Source: a virus
Taxonomy: Duplodnaviria; Heunggongvirae; Uroviricota; Caudoviricetes
Virus record (IMG/VR): IMGVR_UViG_3300035494_000066
Direction: 5' to 3' (one strand)
DNA length: 64,000 nucleotides
Made by a program: the position numbers and the translations under genes. This document shows positions 28,246-37,954 of this stretch, piece by piece (position 1 is the stretch's first letter; every line of letters starts with the position of its first letter). The notes below the pieces were generated by a model. It saw nothing but the letters and a program-made list of their open reading frames with translations. It was not told the DNA's origin and made no database searches.

Positions 28246-29010
28246 TTACCAAGTAGTTGTCGGAAGCGCTATCCTAGTCCAGATATCAGTTGTACCGTTG
28301 TAGTCGACTTTACACAAATACAGATACGATTCGTCAGCAGCAAAGTCGCCTTTTTTGTCGCCCGGGCTTCCGACGCTTGAAGTGATTGACCTAAAGTCAA
28401 CCTTCTTTGTTCTGTTAGTCTCTTCAGTGATTACAAATGAAGTTCCGCCGTCAGTTGTTACAACTTTAAACACATATGTACCAGTTTGACTAAATGAAAT
28501 TCGTCCTGTACTACTACTTACAAGTCGATATCCTGCAATGTTTTCCTCGCCCAGGAATGTGTACAAGCTATGGTCTAAAATAACTCCATGACTTACATCA
28601 CTTACTTGCACTTCGATGTACATCTGGCCAACGTTGCCAGCATCTGGGAAGTTAGTAAAGCTCAAACTAACGTCAGCTGACAGTAGTAGCGATTGGTACG
28701 GCGACTCTTCGAAGCTTAGCACAACTTGGCCAGCTGACGTTCCGTGGTCTACAAATGCTTCACTAATATCCTGCAGTTTAAAGTCTCGTAATATAACCGA
28801 GCCTCGGCCGTCGTTCACAAACGGAGACGAAGTGTCGCCAGCAAGGCCCTGCGTTAGCATTACTTTAGATTGTAAATCTTCAAGTTCAGTCTTTGCATTA
28901 GCAAAGTTTGTTTTAATGTTTGTAAAGTTATCTCGAAAGCCTTGGCTATCGTTGTCTTGTCCTGCTATAGGATATGTTGTATCAATGCTGTTTGGATTGA
29001 TAGTGCTCAT
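28246..29010 (-). CDS. Virion structural protein (tail/baseplate type)
   Basis: YPIAGQDNDSQGFRDNF N-terminus; C-terminal SSVGSPGDKKGDFAAD..YLYLC..DY.G...W.R shared with the 31728 protein. Confidence 0.7.
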   Translation of the reverse strand: MSTINPNSIDTTYPIAGQDNDSQGFRDNFTNIKTNFANAKTELEDLQSKVMLTQGLAGDTSSPFVNDGRGSVILRDFKLQDISEAFVDHGTSAGQVVLSFEESPYQSLLLSADVSLSFTNFPDAGNVGQMYIEVQVSDVSHGVILDHSLYTFLGEENIAGYRLVSSSTGRISFSQTGTYVFKVVTTDGGTSFVITEETNRTKKVDFRSITSSVGSPGDKKGDFAADESYLYLCKVDYNGTTDIWTRIALPTTTW

Positions 29011-31718
29011 TAATTAAGTACTCCGGTATTTGGGAATTTTAAGTATTTATCACCGTAGTCTTTGTCTCTGTAGCTATACGAGCCGGAAATAAATCGAGTA
29101 GTGTTATTGTCGAACGTTGTTTGCGATGTACTTGGAGCAAATTCAGTTGCTTCAATATGGACTATTGATCCTATTTCGATAACAGACTCAACGATAGTAA
29201 TGCTGTTACCGCTAACCGTGTATGCACTAGAAGCAAGAGCTACTCCGTCTACATGCACAATAACACCTGCGGGATTAGCCACTGGCTTAGGCATTGTAAA
29301 TCTACTAGTAATAGACGCCCCTTCTCTTACTTCTCCAATCTCCCAGCCGTTAATAACATCTAGTGGTTCAAATATAACTTCACTGTCTTCAAAATCGCCG
29401 TCATAAGAACTATCTAATACCTCAGCTGGTTCCCATCCGAACGACACAAAATCCGACTCTGATACTGTAAACGTTGCTGTATTCTTAACGTCAAATTTAG
29501 TCTCGGCTGATTCATAGTATTCTCGTAACGTTTTATCAAAGTTCTGGGTCATGTCATTGTCCCAGATATATCGGTCAATTTCGAAGCTTATTTGCTTGAT
29601 ATCAAAATCTGAATTAGATATGTTGTACGCTACCAGTTCACCGCAACCAGGCTTTGTGTATGCAACAACAACAGCAGGGATCCAGCCTAAAACAGAACCG
29701 CTGTCTTGCTTTGTTGTCATCCATAACGGGAATGCTGATGTAGTATTAATACCGACTTGATCTTTTATAACGCGGATCATATTTGAGAGAGAGTTAGGAT
29801 ACACTACTGACTGACCAGCTTGCAGTCTAGAATTTATAGGAAGTTGATGTGTGTATTCTATATTTTTTATATCGTCGATAACATCAAAATACACAACTTC
29901 GTATAATACGTTGCCGTTAGTATCTTTTGCTTTTGCAACTTTAACGCCGCCGAACTTTAATGTTTTGTTATAATGGTGGGTTTCCATTGCTTCTACAAAC
30001 GTTGCTGCTGTTTCAGCAGTAACACCAGGTAGTACCAACATACGAATATCGCTTTGCCTACCAAAATAGTAATCGTTATTTCGATAAACGTAGCTAGGTT
30101 TTATGATATCTGCGTTGTTTACTAAGGTCTCGAAATACTTCCGAGACTGTAACGTAGGAAATGCCCGGACGAACAAATTTTCATACGGTTCGTTTGAACG
30201 TTTAGCTACTCGTACAGTAAACTCACGCCGTGAAATTACTGTTTTACTCGGGTTAGCAGCAGTGACTTGAAACTTGTACACAGCATCGAATTCGGTATTA
30301 GAATAATTTGCAGTAGTCTTGTCTATAGTCGTCTTGCCGCCGTCGAGACTAAACGCTGCAAAGTTAACCCGACCTACTAACATACCGTCTGCCGTAAACT
30401 TTAGTCCCTGCGGCAATGAATAATGCGGCACACTAGTATCTACATTACTACTAAAATCGAATCCGTATTGGTCGTAAAAGCTGTTATCAAACCCGACTGC
30501 ACTTGCATCGTATACTGGACTAACATCAGCAAAGCCTAGCTCAGATAGTGCTTGAGGGACTCCTAGGTAGTATTGAAGATTTCGATTCGACGCGTCTTTA
30601 GCAACTACTTGTAGTGTACTCACGTCACCGGTGTAGATTGTTCCTAAATCTTCCGGTGTTTCCCATGTAATGTCTCTGCTACTTTCACCTAGGACTACTA
30701 GTTTAAATTCCACCCAGTTGCTAGCATAGTCAGGACTATCGACTTTTACAACACGTACTCGGAAGCGATATACTTTTTCAGTTCGGAACTGATACGATAT
30801 GTACCCGTACAACCAGCCTGTTTTTGGATCTAAGCTTAGACCGGGTGGTAAGCTGTATTCTGAGCTGTTAGCTTGAATCTCGTAATTGAGCTGACTCGAG
30901 TCAAAGTCTAATCCGCTAAACTTATACGAAAAATAGTTGTCATGAAATACTTGACCTAAGTCGCGATTCGTATTAAGTAACACAGGACTTCTGTATACAG
31001 TTTGGTCGGCTGTTATAAACGAAGTGTCTGCAGTTATAGCAGTACTATCGGCTATGAATGTGTTACGGCTGTGAACAAATATAGAGAAGTTTCGCTGCAC
31101 AGTATCTTTACCATCTGACACACTAATAGCAAAGAAGTACCGCTTACTAACACTCTGAGATCCAAAGTCGAATTCAAATTCACTGAATTTTGTTGCATCA
31201 TACCCAGCAGTCCGGCTATCTTCTCCCGGGAGCGGTTCGAGTAAACCAGAAATAACACCAGTCGACTGGTCTAAGCTTAACCCGCGTGGTAAGCTGCCAG
31301 CTGCTACTCTCCAATTAAGTGGATCGTTATCTAAATCTTCAGCAACAATGTCTATGCTAACTGTAGTACCTTCGATGAACTCACCTAGGTTAGGACCTGG
31401 CGTTAATATCGACGGCTTGTCTTGTCCAGATACCGTTAAGCTAAATGTTCGGTCGTTAACACCGGCTGAACTTGTTGCTCGTACAACAAAAGTACTCGTA
31501 ACCGATTCCGATACGTCAAACGGTACTCCTTTCAGTAAGTTTGTTACGTTAGGAACACCGTCGATCACTCCATTTTCGCGTAACGACATGCCGTCGGGCA
31601 GTCGACCGGATATTAAGCGAAACGAGTTTGTATTATCTGCTTCGAGCTCGAACTTGTAGAACTGTCGTTCTTCTATAGTACCTAAGTTTCCGGATTTTGT
31701 TATCCACTGCGGTAACAT
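29010..31718 (-). CDS. Large virion protein with Ig-like (He_PIG-type) repeats, baseplate/tail
   Basis: Repeated G.LP.GL.L...G.I.G units. Confidence 0.75.
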   Translation of the reverse strand: MLPQWITKSGNLGTIEERQFYKFELEADNTNSFRLISGRLPDGMSLRENGVIDGVPNVTNLLKGVPFDVSESVTSTFVVRATSSAGVNDRTFSLTVSGQDKPSILTPGPNLGEFIEGTTVSIDIVAEDLDNDPLNWRVAAGSLPRGLSLDQSTGVISGLLEPLPGEDSRTAGYDATKFSEFEFDFGSQSVSKRYFFAISVSDGKDTVQRNFSIFVHSRNTFIADSTAITADTSFITADQTVYRSPVLLNTNRDLGQVFHDNYFSYKFSGLDFDSSQLNYEIQANSSEYSLPPGLSLDPKTGWLYGYISYQFRTEKVYRFRVRVVKVDSPDYASNWVEFKLVVLGESSRDITWETPEDLGTIYTGDVSTLQVVAKDASNRNLQYYLGVPQALSELGFADVSPVYDASAVGFDNSFYDQYGFDFSSNVDTSVPHYSLPQGLKFTADGMLVGRVNFAAFSLDGGKTTIDKTTANYSNTEFDAVYKFQVTAANPSKTVISRREFTVRVAKRSNEPYENLFVRAFPTLQSRKYFETLVNNADIIKPSYVYRNNDYYFGRQSDIRMLVLPGVTAETAATFVEAMETHHYNKTLKFGGVKVAKAKDTNGNVLYEVVYFDVIDDIKNIEYTHQLPINSRLQAGQSVVYPNSLSNMIRVIKDQVGINTTSAFPLWMTTKQDSGSVLGWIPAVVVAYTKPGCGELVAYNISNSDFDIKQISFEIDRYIWDNDMTQNFDKTLREYYESAETKFDVKNTATFTVSESDFVSFGWEPAEVLDSSYDGDFEDSEVIFEPLDVINGWEIGEVREGASITSRFTMPKPVANPAGVIVHVDGVALASSAYTVSGNSITIVESVIEIGSIVHIEATEFAPSTSQTTFDNNTTRFISGSYSYRDKDYGDKYLKFPNTGVLN

Positions 31719-31727
31719 AGTGCCTCC

Positions 31728-32114
31728 TTAGATTCCCCATGCGTCTAACGGAGTTCTACGCCAGATATTACTTATACCATCATAATTGTTAATGCACACA
31801 TAAAAGAAGTTTGAGTCCCACGCTACGTCACCTTCTTTGTCGCCTACTGCTCCAATTGGATCGTCGATCGTGCGCGTGTTACCGAGTCGGAGTTTCGATA
31901 TCGAAGTAGCACCACTACCAGTGGTAGATAAATTAATGTCAGTGTTAGGCTCAGTAGCCTCGATTCCGAATTCGACAATCTGCAATTTAGTGTCAATAGT
32001 TGAAGCCCCGTATAGTTCTTCGAAGTTCTGGTTTATTCTATCAAACGATTCTCGCAGTGGAGTGCCTGTGCCTGTGTTCGGCCCTGTTCCGATGTTAATT
32101 AGTTGTCGTGCCAT
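31728..32114 (-). CDS. Virion structural protein
   Basis: QLINIGTGPNTGTGTPLRESFDRINQNFEELY; C-terminal GDKEGDVAWD..FYVC. Confidence 0.7.
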   Translation of the reverse strand: MARQLINIGTGPNTGTGTPLRESFDRINQNFEELYGASTIDTKLQIVEFGIEATEPNTDINLSTTGSGATSISKLRLGNTRTIDDPIGAVGDKEGDVAWDSNFFYVCINNYDGISNIWRRTPLDAWGI

Positions 32115-32213
32115 GATATTTTTCCTTAGTTACATTTATTTATTCTAGAATCATATAGCCTCTGTGATAAATAATGTTGTGTAACTTACACATAAACTAA
32201 TTAGGAGAAAACC

Positions 32214-32348
32214 ATGGCTAACAAAATTAAAGCATTCGTACTAGCAGCTGTTATTGCAGTTACCGGTCTTGCACTTACTGGTTGTAAAACAGAAACAGCT
32301 AAAATTCCTTGCTTCGATAACCCACACGCTGAAGAGTGTAAAGGTTAA
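32214..32348 (+). CDS. 44-aa lipoprotein (not in the ORF track)
   Basis: MANKIKAFVLAAVIAVTGLALTG|CKTETAKIPCFDNPHAEECKG; AGGAGA SD, TAAATA at 32168, own terminator. Confidence 0.8.
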   Translation: MANKIKAFVLAAVIAVTGLALTGCKTETAKIPCFDNPHAEECKG

Positions 32349-32376
32349 AAAAAAGCTGGCTTAAGCCAGCTTTTTT
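32347..32376. terminator. Bidirectional terminator
   Basis: A8-GCTGGC-TTAA-GCCAGC-T6 between convergent genes. Confidence 0.85.
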
Positions 32377-32798
32377 ATCTCTTCACTTAGTGATTTTTCA
32401 AGTCGGTACGCTTCTTCTTCCCACGGGAGCTGTTTGTATTCCTCAATTGATGTTGCAGTAAATTTGTACTCAACATCGTTATAATAGTAAGTCGATCCAA
32501 TTACCCGAAGTTCACCTTTTGCAAACTGTTTTACATGGACAGTTTCATGTACAAGCGTTTCTAAAAAATAATCAATTCCGTGTTCCAGAACACACTCTGA
32601 TATTTCGATCGAATATGTATCTGGCCCTTCGTCACTTTCACCGCATGTAGCTTCGTAAAATTCCGAATCAACTAACTCGATGTTTATGTTGCATTCAAAC
32701 TCTAATCGTCTAGCTAAGTGTTGCATACCCGAATGTACGCTAACACCATGCAAGTTTGCAAACTCAACAATTTCGGAATCAACGTACACTGTGCACAT
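32361..32798 (-). CDS. HExxH zinc metallopeptidase-like protein
   Basis: TLVHETVHVKQF...PWEEEAY. Confidence 0.7.
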   Translation of the reverse strand: MCTVYVDSEIVEFANLHGVSVHSGMQHLARRLEFECNINIELVDSEFYEATCGESDEGPDTYSIEISECVLEHGIDYFLETLVHETVHVKQFAKGELRVIGSTYYYNDVEYKFTATSIEEYKQLPWEEEAYRLEKSLSEEIKKLA

Positions 32799-32800
32799 AG

Positions 32801-33151
32801 TTAATCGCCCTTGCCCGGGTTAGGTGAGAAGTAATTTTCAAATTTGTTTTCGACTCCATCCCACTTGTCACGATCTTCGAATCGGTCTTCTTCTCTAATT
32901 TTAGTAATGTTCGGCCAGATCGAGCTGTACTTGCTATTAATCTCTGTCCATTTGTCGATATCTTGTTGAGTGTCTGTGTCTGGAAAAATAGCGCCAGCTG
33001 GACACTCTGGCTCGCATAATCCGCAATCGATGCACTCGTCGGGATTAATTACGAGGGTGTTTTCTCCCTCGTAAAAACAGTCCACCGGACAAGACTCTAC
33101 GCAGTCCATATACTTGCATTTTATGCAATTGTCACCTACTAGGTATGTCAT
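32801..33151 (-). CDS. fdxA: 7Fe ferredoxin (FdxA type)
   Basis: [21 protein letters not shown]...[17 protein letters not shown]. Confidence 0.92.
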   Translation of the reverse strand: MTYLVGDNCIKCKYMDCVESCPVDCFYEGENTLVINPDECIDCGLCEPECPAGAIFPDTDTQQDIDKWTEINSKYSSIWPNITKIREEDRFEDRDKWDGVENKFENYFSPNPGKGD

Positions 33152-33169
33152 GGTTCCTCGTTAATCTTA

Positions 33170-33403
33170 TTATTTGATCATGTTTGCAACAGTTGCACAC
33201 TTGTCAAAATCAACAACACGAACGTCAAATTTAGCACACAGCAGCGAGAACACTTCATCAGCAGTAGGATTGTTGCCGTACAGTGCCACAATTGTCGCGG
33301 CTTCGATGTCGTATTCGTCGGTGACATCGTTGCAGTTACAATAAGTACCAGCTGGGTCGGTTTCATACAGCGCAGCACTAAGTTTGTTAACGATGTCATT
33401 CAT
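33170..33403 (-). CDS. Hypothetical protein
   Basis: LYETDPAG...DEYDIEA; AAGG SD. Confidence 0.6.
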   Translation of the reverse strand: MNDIVNKLSAALYETDPAGTYCNCNDVTDEYDIEAATIVALYGNNPTADEVFSLLCAKFDVRVVDFDKCATVANMIK

Positions 33404-33533
33404 GTTGTGTACCTTTGTGTCTTTGTTGTCTATGTGTATATAGTAACAGAGTTAGCTGATGAGAGTCGACCGAATTTGGCAAATATTTTTGAAAAATAGC
33501 AAATAAATCTCCTCTCAGCAGCTCCTACGTAGG

Positions 33534-34103
33534 TTAGCTATTAGCAACCTGTTTCAAGTACTGTACCATGGTGTCTGCATCTGATACTGTAAATGGGTCT
33601 GTTGGACAGTTGTCCTCTTTGCCAGGCTCTACGAATTCTTTCTCAACAACACCGTTGTCGACAACCATGGAATATCTCCAGCTCCGGTTACCGAACCCTA
33701 GGTTGTTCTTGCAAACTAGCATGCCGATTGCATTAGTAAACTCACCGTTACCGTCGGGGATAAACTTGACATTTTTCGCCCCCTGATCGATCATCCACCG
33801 GCGCATAACAAAGGTGTCGTTAACGCTAATAACATACACTTCGTCTACACCTAGCTCGCGGATTTCGTTGTACAGTTCTTCATATCTAGGTAGGTGTGAC
33901 GTACTACATGTTGGTGTGTACGCACCCGGAAGGCTAAAGACTACAACGCGCTTGTTGTTAAAAATATCTTCGGTTGTTACATCTTTCCACTCAAACGGGT
34001 TAGCACCGTTATTAGTAGTGTCAACAAAAGTGATAGGGTTACCGTCGGTTCGTACTCGATATTTAAATGTAATGTTAGATGGGATTGATTTCTGTGTGTT
34101 CAT
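33534..34103 (-). CDS. Peroxiredoxin (Prx5/redoxin family)
   Basis: [39 protein letters not shown]. Confidence 0.92.
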   Translation of the reverse strand: MNTQKSIPSNITFKYRVRTDGNPITFVDTTNNGANPFEWKDVTTEDIFNNKRVVVFSLPGAYTPTCSTSHLPRYEELYNEIRELGVDEVYVISVNDTFVMRRWMIDQGAKNVKFIPDGNGEFTNAIGMLVCKNNLGFGNRSWRYSMVVDNGVVEKEFVEPGKEDNCPTDPFTVSDADTMVQYLKQVANS

Positions 34104-34355
34104 ATATTAAACCTCTTTGTTTTAGTGTTTGTGTAGCATAAAGCCAGAGCTAGCCATTTCCTATATAGAAACCTAACATATGTTTCTATAGCTCTAATAG
34201 GTATTAACAATATTGTCGAACCCTTAAGTGATGAGCAAGCTCATCATACTCGCAGCTAACGCCGCTCGTAGTTTGTTAAGATTGATATTGTTAGACAGAA
34301 CAGAATTTAGTACAAGTATAGTATAAGAGAGATATTCATGCAGATTGTTGAGCCA

Positions 34356-34714
34356 TAGGTCACCCTAGTAAAGGGGTGACCTAATGTGAGGAGACTTCAT
34401 GCGAGTTGCCTTCACCACAGTGATTGCCAGCGGACTTTTGCAGCTTCGCCCTTGGGCTCTGTACCTAACCCATGCCGCTACGATTTTTAAGAAACCACTT
34501 TCAGGTGACTGCGTGGTTTTCATAGGGCTCAAATGCTGCGATTTTTTCACTAACAACAAACTGCGCATTACCACAGTCATCGTCCGGTTAAGGATAGTGT
34601 TGCTAGCCCGTTAACAGACAAACGGATTGCGCATCGATCATCTTGTTTGACAACATTACGCGGTGCTATAATTCTCGGCGCACCAACCTTAATTCTGTTT
34701 GTAGTTGAGTATGC
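34356..34714 (-). ncRNA. Candidate ~350-nt structured ncRNA, family unknown
   Basis: No credible ORF; many nested complementary helices and a possible pseudoknot (see findings). Confidence 0.5.
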
Positions 34715-35245
34715 TTACAGTGTTGCGCTTTCGTATAGCATTTCTAAACACCGTTGCATGTACTCAGTATTGTATGTTCGGGCATCAATGATGACGTCGG
34801 TCGCTTCACTCTGCCCGTTAACTAGAACGTGAAATACTGCTTCTTCGCTCTCGCCAAAAACTCCCCCCGGGTCAGCAACTAGCTGTAAAATGCATCCGTA
34901 TAGTGGGGAGATTTGGTTTTTGTTTTTTGAAATTGTTTTAATAATTTCGTAATGACTAATTAGCGTCTGTGCTGCAAGTGAGTAGTACCCCTCTAATGTA
35001 CTAGCTATGTGCTCTATGTCTTTACTAAATTCAACATATTTGTGCATTCGTATACTAAACCCGTCGACATCAGTGTCGAACGTTTTAACTAACGATTGGT
35101 CACTAGTGACAATTATAACATCGGCCGTTAGTGATGTATAGCTAACAGGATATTCTTTTATCACGATATTTGTAAAAGCATTCTCATGAACAAAGCGGCT
35201 TAGCGCACTGTGGATATCGTTAAAATTACTCATGCGAAAGTGCAA
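34715..35245 (-). CDS. Hypothetical protein
   Basis: ORF in early operon. Confidence 0.6.
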   Translation of the reverse strand: MHFRMSNFNDIHSALSRFVHENAFTNIVIKEYPVSYTSLTADVIIVTSDQSLVKTFDTDVDGFSIRMHKYVEFSKDIEHIASTLEGYYSLAAQTLISHYEIIKTISKNKNQISPLYGCILQLVADPGGVFGESEEAVFHVLVNGQSEATDVIIDARTYNTEYMQRCLEMLYESATL

Positions 35246-35951
35246 GACCTTTAGCGCTATCCGAAATTAACATATTTTGTCGAATCGAATCAAGTAAGTT
35301 GCGAAACTTGTCAACTGCTACGAACCCTGTGTAGAATTTCTGAAATTGCGAATTTCCTTCGAGGGTGTTTTTAAGATGTTCTAAGACATAGTGTTGCTCT
35401 TCATCTATATCCGGAAAGTCACTTAGAAATATACTAGCAACGTACGAAAGTGGGTAGAGCGTTTCGATTGTCTTGATCTGCTCGTCTGATAAAAATTTAC
35501 TAAACTCTTTTCTATATTCCTTTTTATCTGTTGACGTAACAACCTGCCGCCGGACTCCCGATAGCATATTAAACTCTGGCACAAGTGTTAACGACCCTCC
35601 TGAACCGCCAGTAACGCTATACAATCCATACCCGCCTGTTCCTAAGTGCACAGGGGTATTTGCAAGTCGGCTACTAGAAGATCGGTCTGAGTATATTAAA
35701 GAAACATTTCCGTACCATCCGGAATGTTTTGACGGATTACAGAAGTTAGACTCAGCGCCCGCGGGAGCGCAGTGACTATCTGACACTGAGTCTGTACGCC
35801 GAAGAGACCAAAAAATGGCCAGTAGTTTAGATTCTGAATCCTGTGAATTTTGTATTTCGAGTGCATTGTTAAAAATGTCGTGCATCGAAGTGACTGGGGT
35901 ATTGTTTAAGTTAGAAAATTCTTTAAGCTGCTCGATTGATATTCTTGACAT
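35226..35951 (-). CDS. Hypothetical protein
   Basis: VSDSHCAP...GWYG motif; ORF in operon. Confidence 0.6.
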   Translation of the reverse strand: MSRISIEQLKEFSNLNNTPVTSMHDIFNNALEIQNSQDSESKLLAIFWSLRRTDSVSDSHCAPAGAESNFCNPSKHSGWYGNVSLIYSDRSSSSRLANTPVHLGTGGYGLYSVTGGSGGSLTLVPEFNMLSGVRRQVVTSTDKKEYRKEFSKFLSDEQIKTIETLYPLSYVASIFLSDFPDIDEEQHYVLEHLKNTLEGNSQFQKFYTGFVAVDKFRNLLDSIRQNMLISDSAKGLALSHE

Positions 35952-35953
35952 AT

Positions 35954-36298
35954 TTACATCTCTTTTACGGTGGCTACCATAAGCAGCTGCTCGTATTGAT
36001 CTCGTAGATCCGGGTCGTTTTTAATTTTTTTAAGATTATCGAGATCTTTTAATAGGTCTGATACGTTTTTTACAGTATTGTCTAAATCACAAGGCGTACC
36101 GATAGTCAACTTCACAGATGTCTCTCGGCGAACACTATAGGGTGACATCATAATGCCGTTATCAAAATCAGTGCTATTAACATCGATTTCTACGTTATGT
36201 AAAACAATATCTAACTGTTTGAGAAAATAGTTTAGAGTAAAGACAGCAGTGGTTGTAAGTCCGCTAACTCTAAACTCGTCGGGCTGTGATGTATACAT
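35954..36298 (-). CDS. Hypothetical protein
   Basis: AGGA SD; ORF in operon. Confidence 0.6.
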   Translation of the reverse strand: MYTSQPDEFRVSGLTTTAVFTLNYFLKQLDIVLHNVEIDVNSTDFDNGIMMSPYSVRRETSVKLTIGTPCDLDNTVKNVSDLLKDLDNLKKIKNDPDLRDQYEQLLMVATVKEM

Positions 36299-36353
36299 AA
36301 TTTAATCCTGTCTACTACACTGAGCTTGCTGCAAAAAATAAGATAACTCAACG

Positions 36354-36653
36354 TTAAATTTGTATACCTTTTTGTTTAATTAACTCAACGAGAATAGTAT
36401 CATTGCTTTGGTGATTATCGTTAACGAGTTGATTAATTACATCATCAGCTATATCAGTTTTAAAAACCCATAATTGTGAATTCCGGTGGCAATTTAGTCG
36501 TGAGCGCATCTGCATCACGTTTAAGTAATGCGATGCAGACCTAACATTCTGTTTGTCTTGTAACACGTCGAGCGTAGCTTCAACGTTGGCATTAGTTAAA
36601 TTAACAAATGAATCGATACCATTATCGTCGAGTATAGCAGCATACATGTTCAT
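36354..36653 (-). CDS. Hypothetical protein
   Basis: ORF in operon. Confidence 0.6.
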   Translation of the reverse strand: MNMYAAILDDNGIDSFVNLTNANVEATLDVLQDKQNVRSASHYLNVMQMRSRLNCHRNSQLWVFKTDIADDVINQLVNDNHQSNDTILVELIKQKGIQI

Positions 36654-36655
36654 TT

Positions 36656-36964
36656 TTACACAAGCTCGAAATTAACAGCAACTTTAAGAACAGCAGTTAG
36701 TCCACGAGTAGTCTGGATTGACTCAATTACCGAAGCACGAGCCTGGGTAGGAACAGAAGTAATGACTTGCTTAACTGCTTTTACTTGCTCAGCAGTCATT
36801 TCGATCATATCACCGTCGTCGGTGATTACTGAGGTAATTGGTCGATATTTTTTCTCGTCGACAACATCTTTGAGCTCTGCAGAATCTTCAATACGTCCCA
36901 TCTGGACCCACATTGCTTCGCGCTTAAAGTTCATGACGTCATCTGATTTGTTTGGACGGGCCAT
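36656..36964 (-). CDS. Hypothetical early protein
   Basis: GAGG SD; downstream of the promoter at 36999-37027. Confidence 0.65.
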   Translation of the reverse strand: MARPNKSDDVMNFKREAMWVQMGRIEDSAELKDVVDEKKYRPITSVITDDGDMIEMTAEQVKAVKQVITSVPTQARASVIESIQTTRGLTAVLKVAVNFELV

Positions 36965-36998
36965 TTTATCTTCCTCACTCGTTAACGTTTATAATGCA

Positions 36999-37027
36999 AT
37001 TATAGTGTCAGTGGATCTACATCGCAA
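36999..37027 (-). promoter_or_regulatory. sigma70-type promoter
   Basis: TTGCGA-17-TATAAT. Confidence 0.65.
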
Positions 37028-37036
37028 GACTTTTTT

Positions 37037-37255
37037 TTAATTATCTTTAAGGTGTGCATACTGATTGGTAACGTTTTTAAATTTGCGGTAGCGCTTGTCA
37101 AAGAACCCAGGCTTAGAAAACTCAACAACGTCGGTTGTTCCTGCACGAATGTATGCTACTAGTTTGCCACCGCTGTTGATAAAATAAATGTGTGGCTGAT
37201 AGAAGAAATCGTCAACTTGACCGGTAGTTTCTTGGATAGCTTCGTTAAAGATCAT
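37037..37255 (-). CDS. Small hypothetical protein
   Basis: HIY....GGKLVAYI...FSKP..FDKRYRKF; AAGGA SD. Confidence 0.65.
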   Translation of the reverse strand: MIFNEAIQETTGQVDDFFYQPHIYFINSGGKLVAYIRAGTTDVVEFSKPGFFDKRYRKFKNVTNQYAHLKDN

Positions 37256-37493
37256 TGCTAGTGTCCTTATCTTCGTATTGTGCTAGAATAATAGCAGCTT
37301 GTTGCTCAAGTTGCAACCGAAGACGTTTATTTTCTGACAATAATTCTGAAACCCGCTTTTTTAACATACGAGACATACTCGAGTACTTGCACGACATACG
37401 TGCTAAGTATTCTAGCTCGCACAGCGCATCTGGATCAGATTTTGCTAAGTTAATTAGCTTTGACATGATATCGGTATCTGGGCCCTCAGCCAT
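37245..37493 (-). CDS. Small coiled-coil hypothetical protein
   Basis: ORF; in frame with the upstream TAG-terminated gene. Confidence 0.55.
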   Translation of the reverse strand: MAEGPDTDIMSKLINLAKSDPDALCELEYLARMSCKYSSMSRMLKKRVSELLSENKRLRLQLEQQAAIILAQYEDKDTSNDL

Positions 37494-37502
37494 GATGACT
37501 AG

Positions 37503-37913
37503 CTACCTTGCAGCTGATAGCAGCGCATGAGTTAATTTTTCGTTGAGCTCGGATTCAGTTAATGCATTACTACTATCCGGTGATTTAACTAGAACTGACA
37601 TACCATTAAACATAGCCCACAGGAATGCACCTCTTAGACTTAGCACAGAAGCCATTGTCGGGACGTTATTGACGGAAGAGCGCAATGTACATGATGCTGC
37701 AAGCATTGTGTAATGAGATCCTCGTTTAACTGGCTCCGGACTGTGTTCGATGAGATCGCTGACAATCTTTTTCAGTCCTTCTGCAGAATTCACATCGTCG
37801 TACTTGACTTGCACAAGCGGCACATACAGTTCGTAAGTTTCTGCGCTGTCGTTGGTGTCGACGCTTACTAATTTAATAGAAGCCCATTGTAAATTCGGGT
37901 CTGGCAAGGTCAT
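37503..37913 (-). CDS. Hypothetical protein (TAG stop)
   Basis: C-terminus ELNEKLTHALLSA resembles that of the 37955 protein (EELTHALMSA). Confidence 0.6.
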   Translation of the reverse strand: MTLPDPNLQWASIKLVSVDTNDSAETYELYVPLVQVKYDDVNSAEGLKKIVSDLIEHSPEPVKRGSHYTMLAASCTLRSSVNNVPTMASVLSLRGAFLWAMFNGMSVLVKSPDSSNALTESELNEKLTHALLSAAR

Positions 37914-37954
37914 AGTGCGTTATGTTTGTCCTGGTTATTGTTTAAACGTGGTGC

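Noticed and set aside
34647-34672. Plus-strand TTGACA...TATAAT promoter
   Set aside because: The spacer is only 14 nt and no plus-strand gene follows.
34356-34714. RNase P RNA or tmRNA identity for the large structured region
   Set aside because: AAAAGTCCGC and AACAGAA resemble RNase P conserved regions but are in the wrong order and do not form a proper P4. There are no tRNA-like ends or tag ORF for tmRNA.
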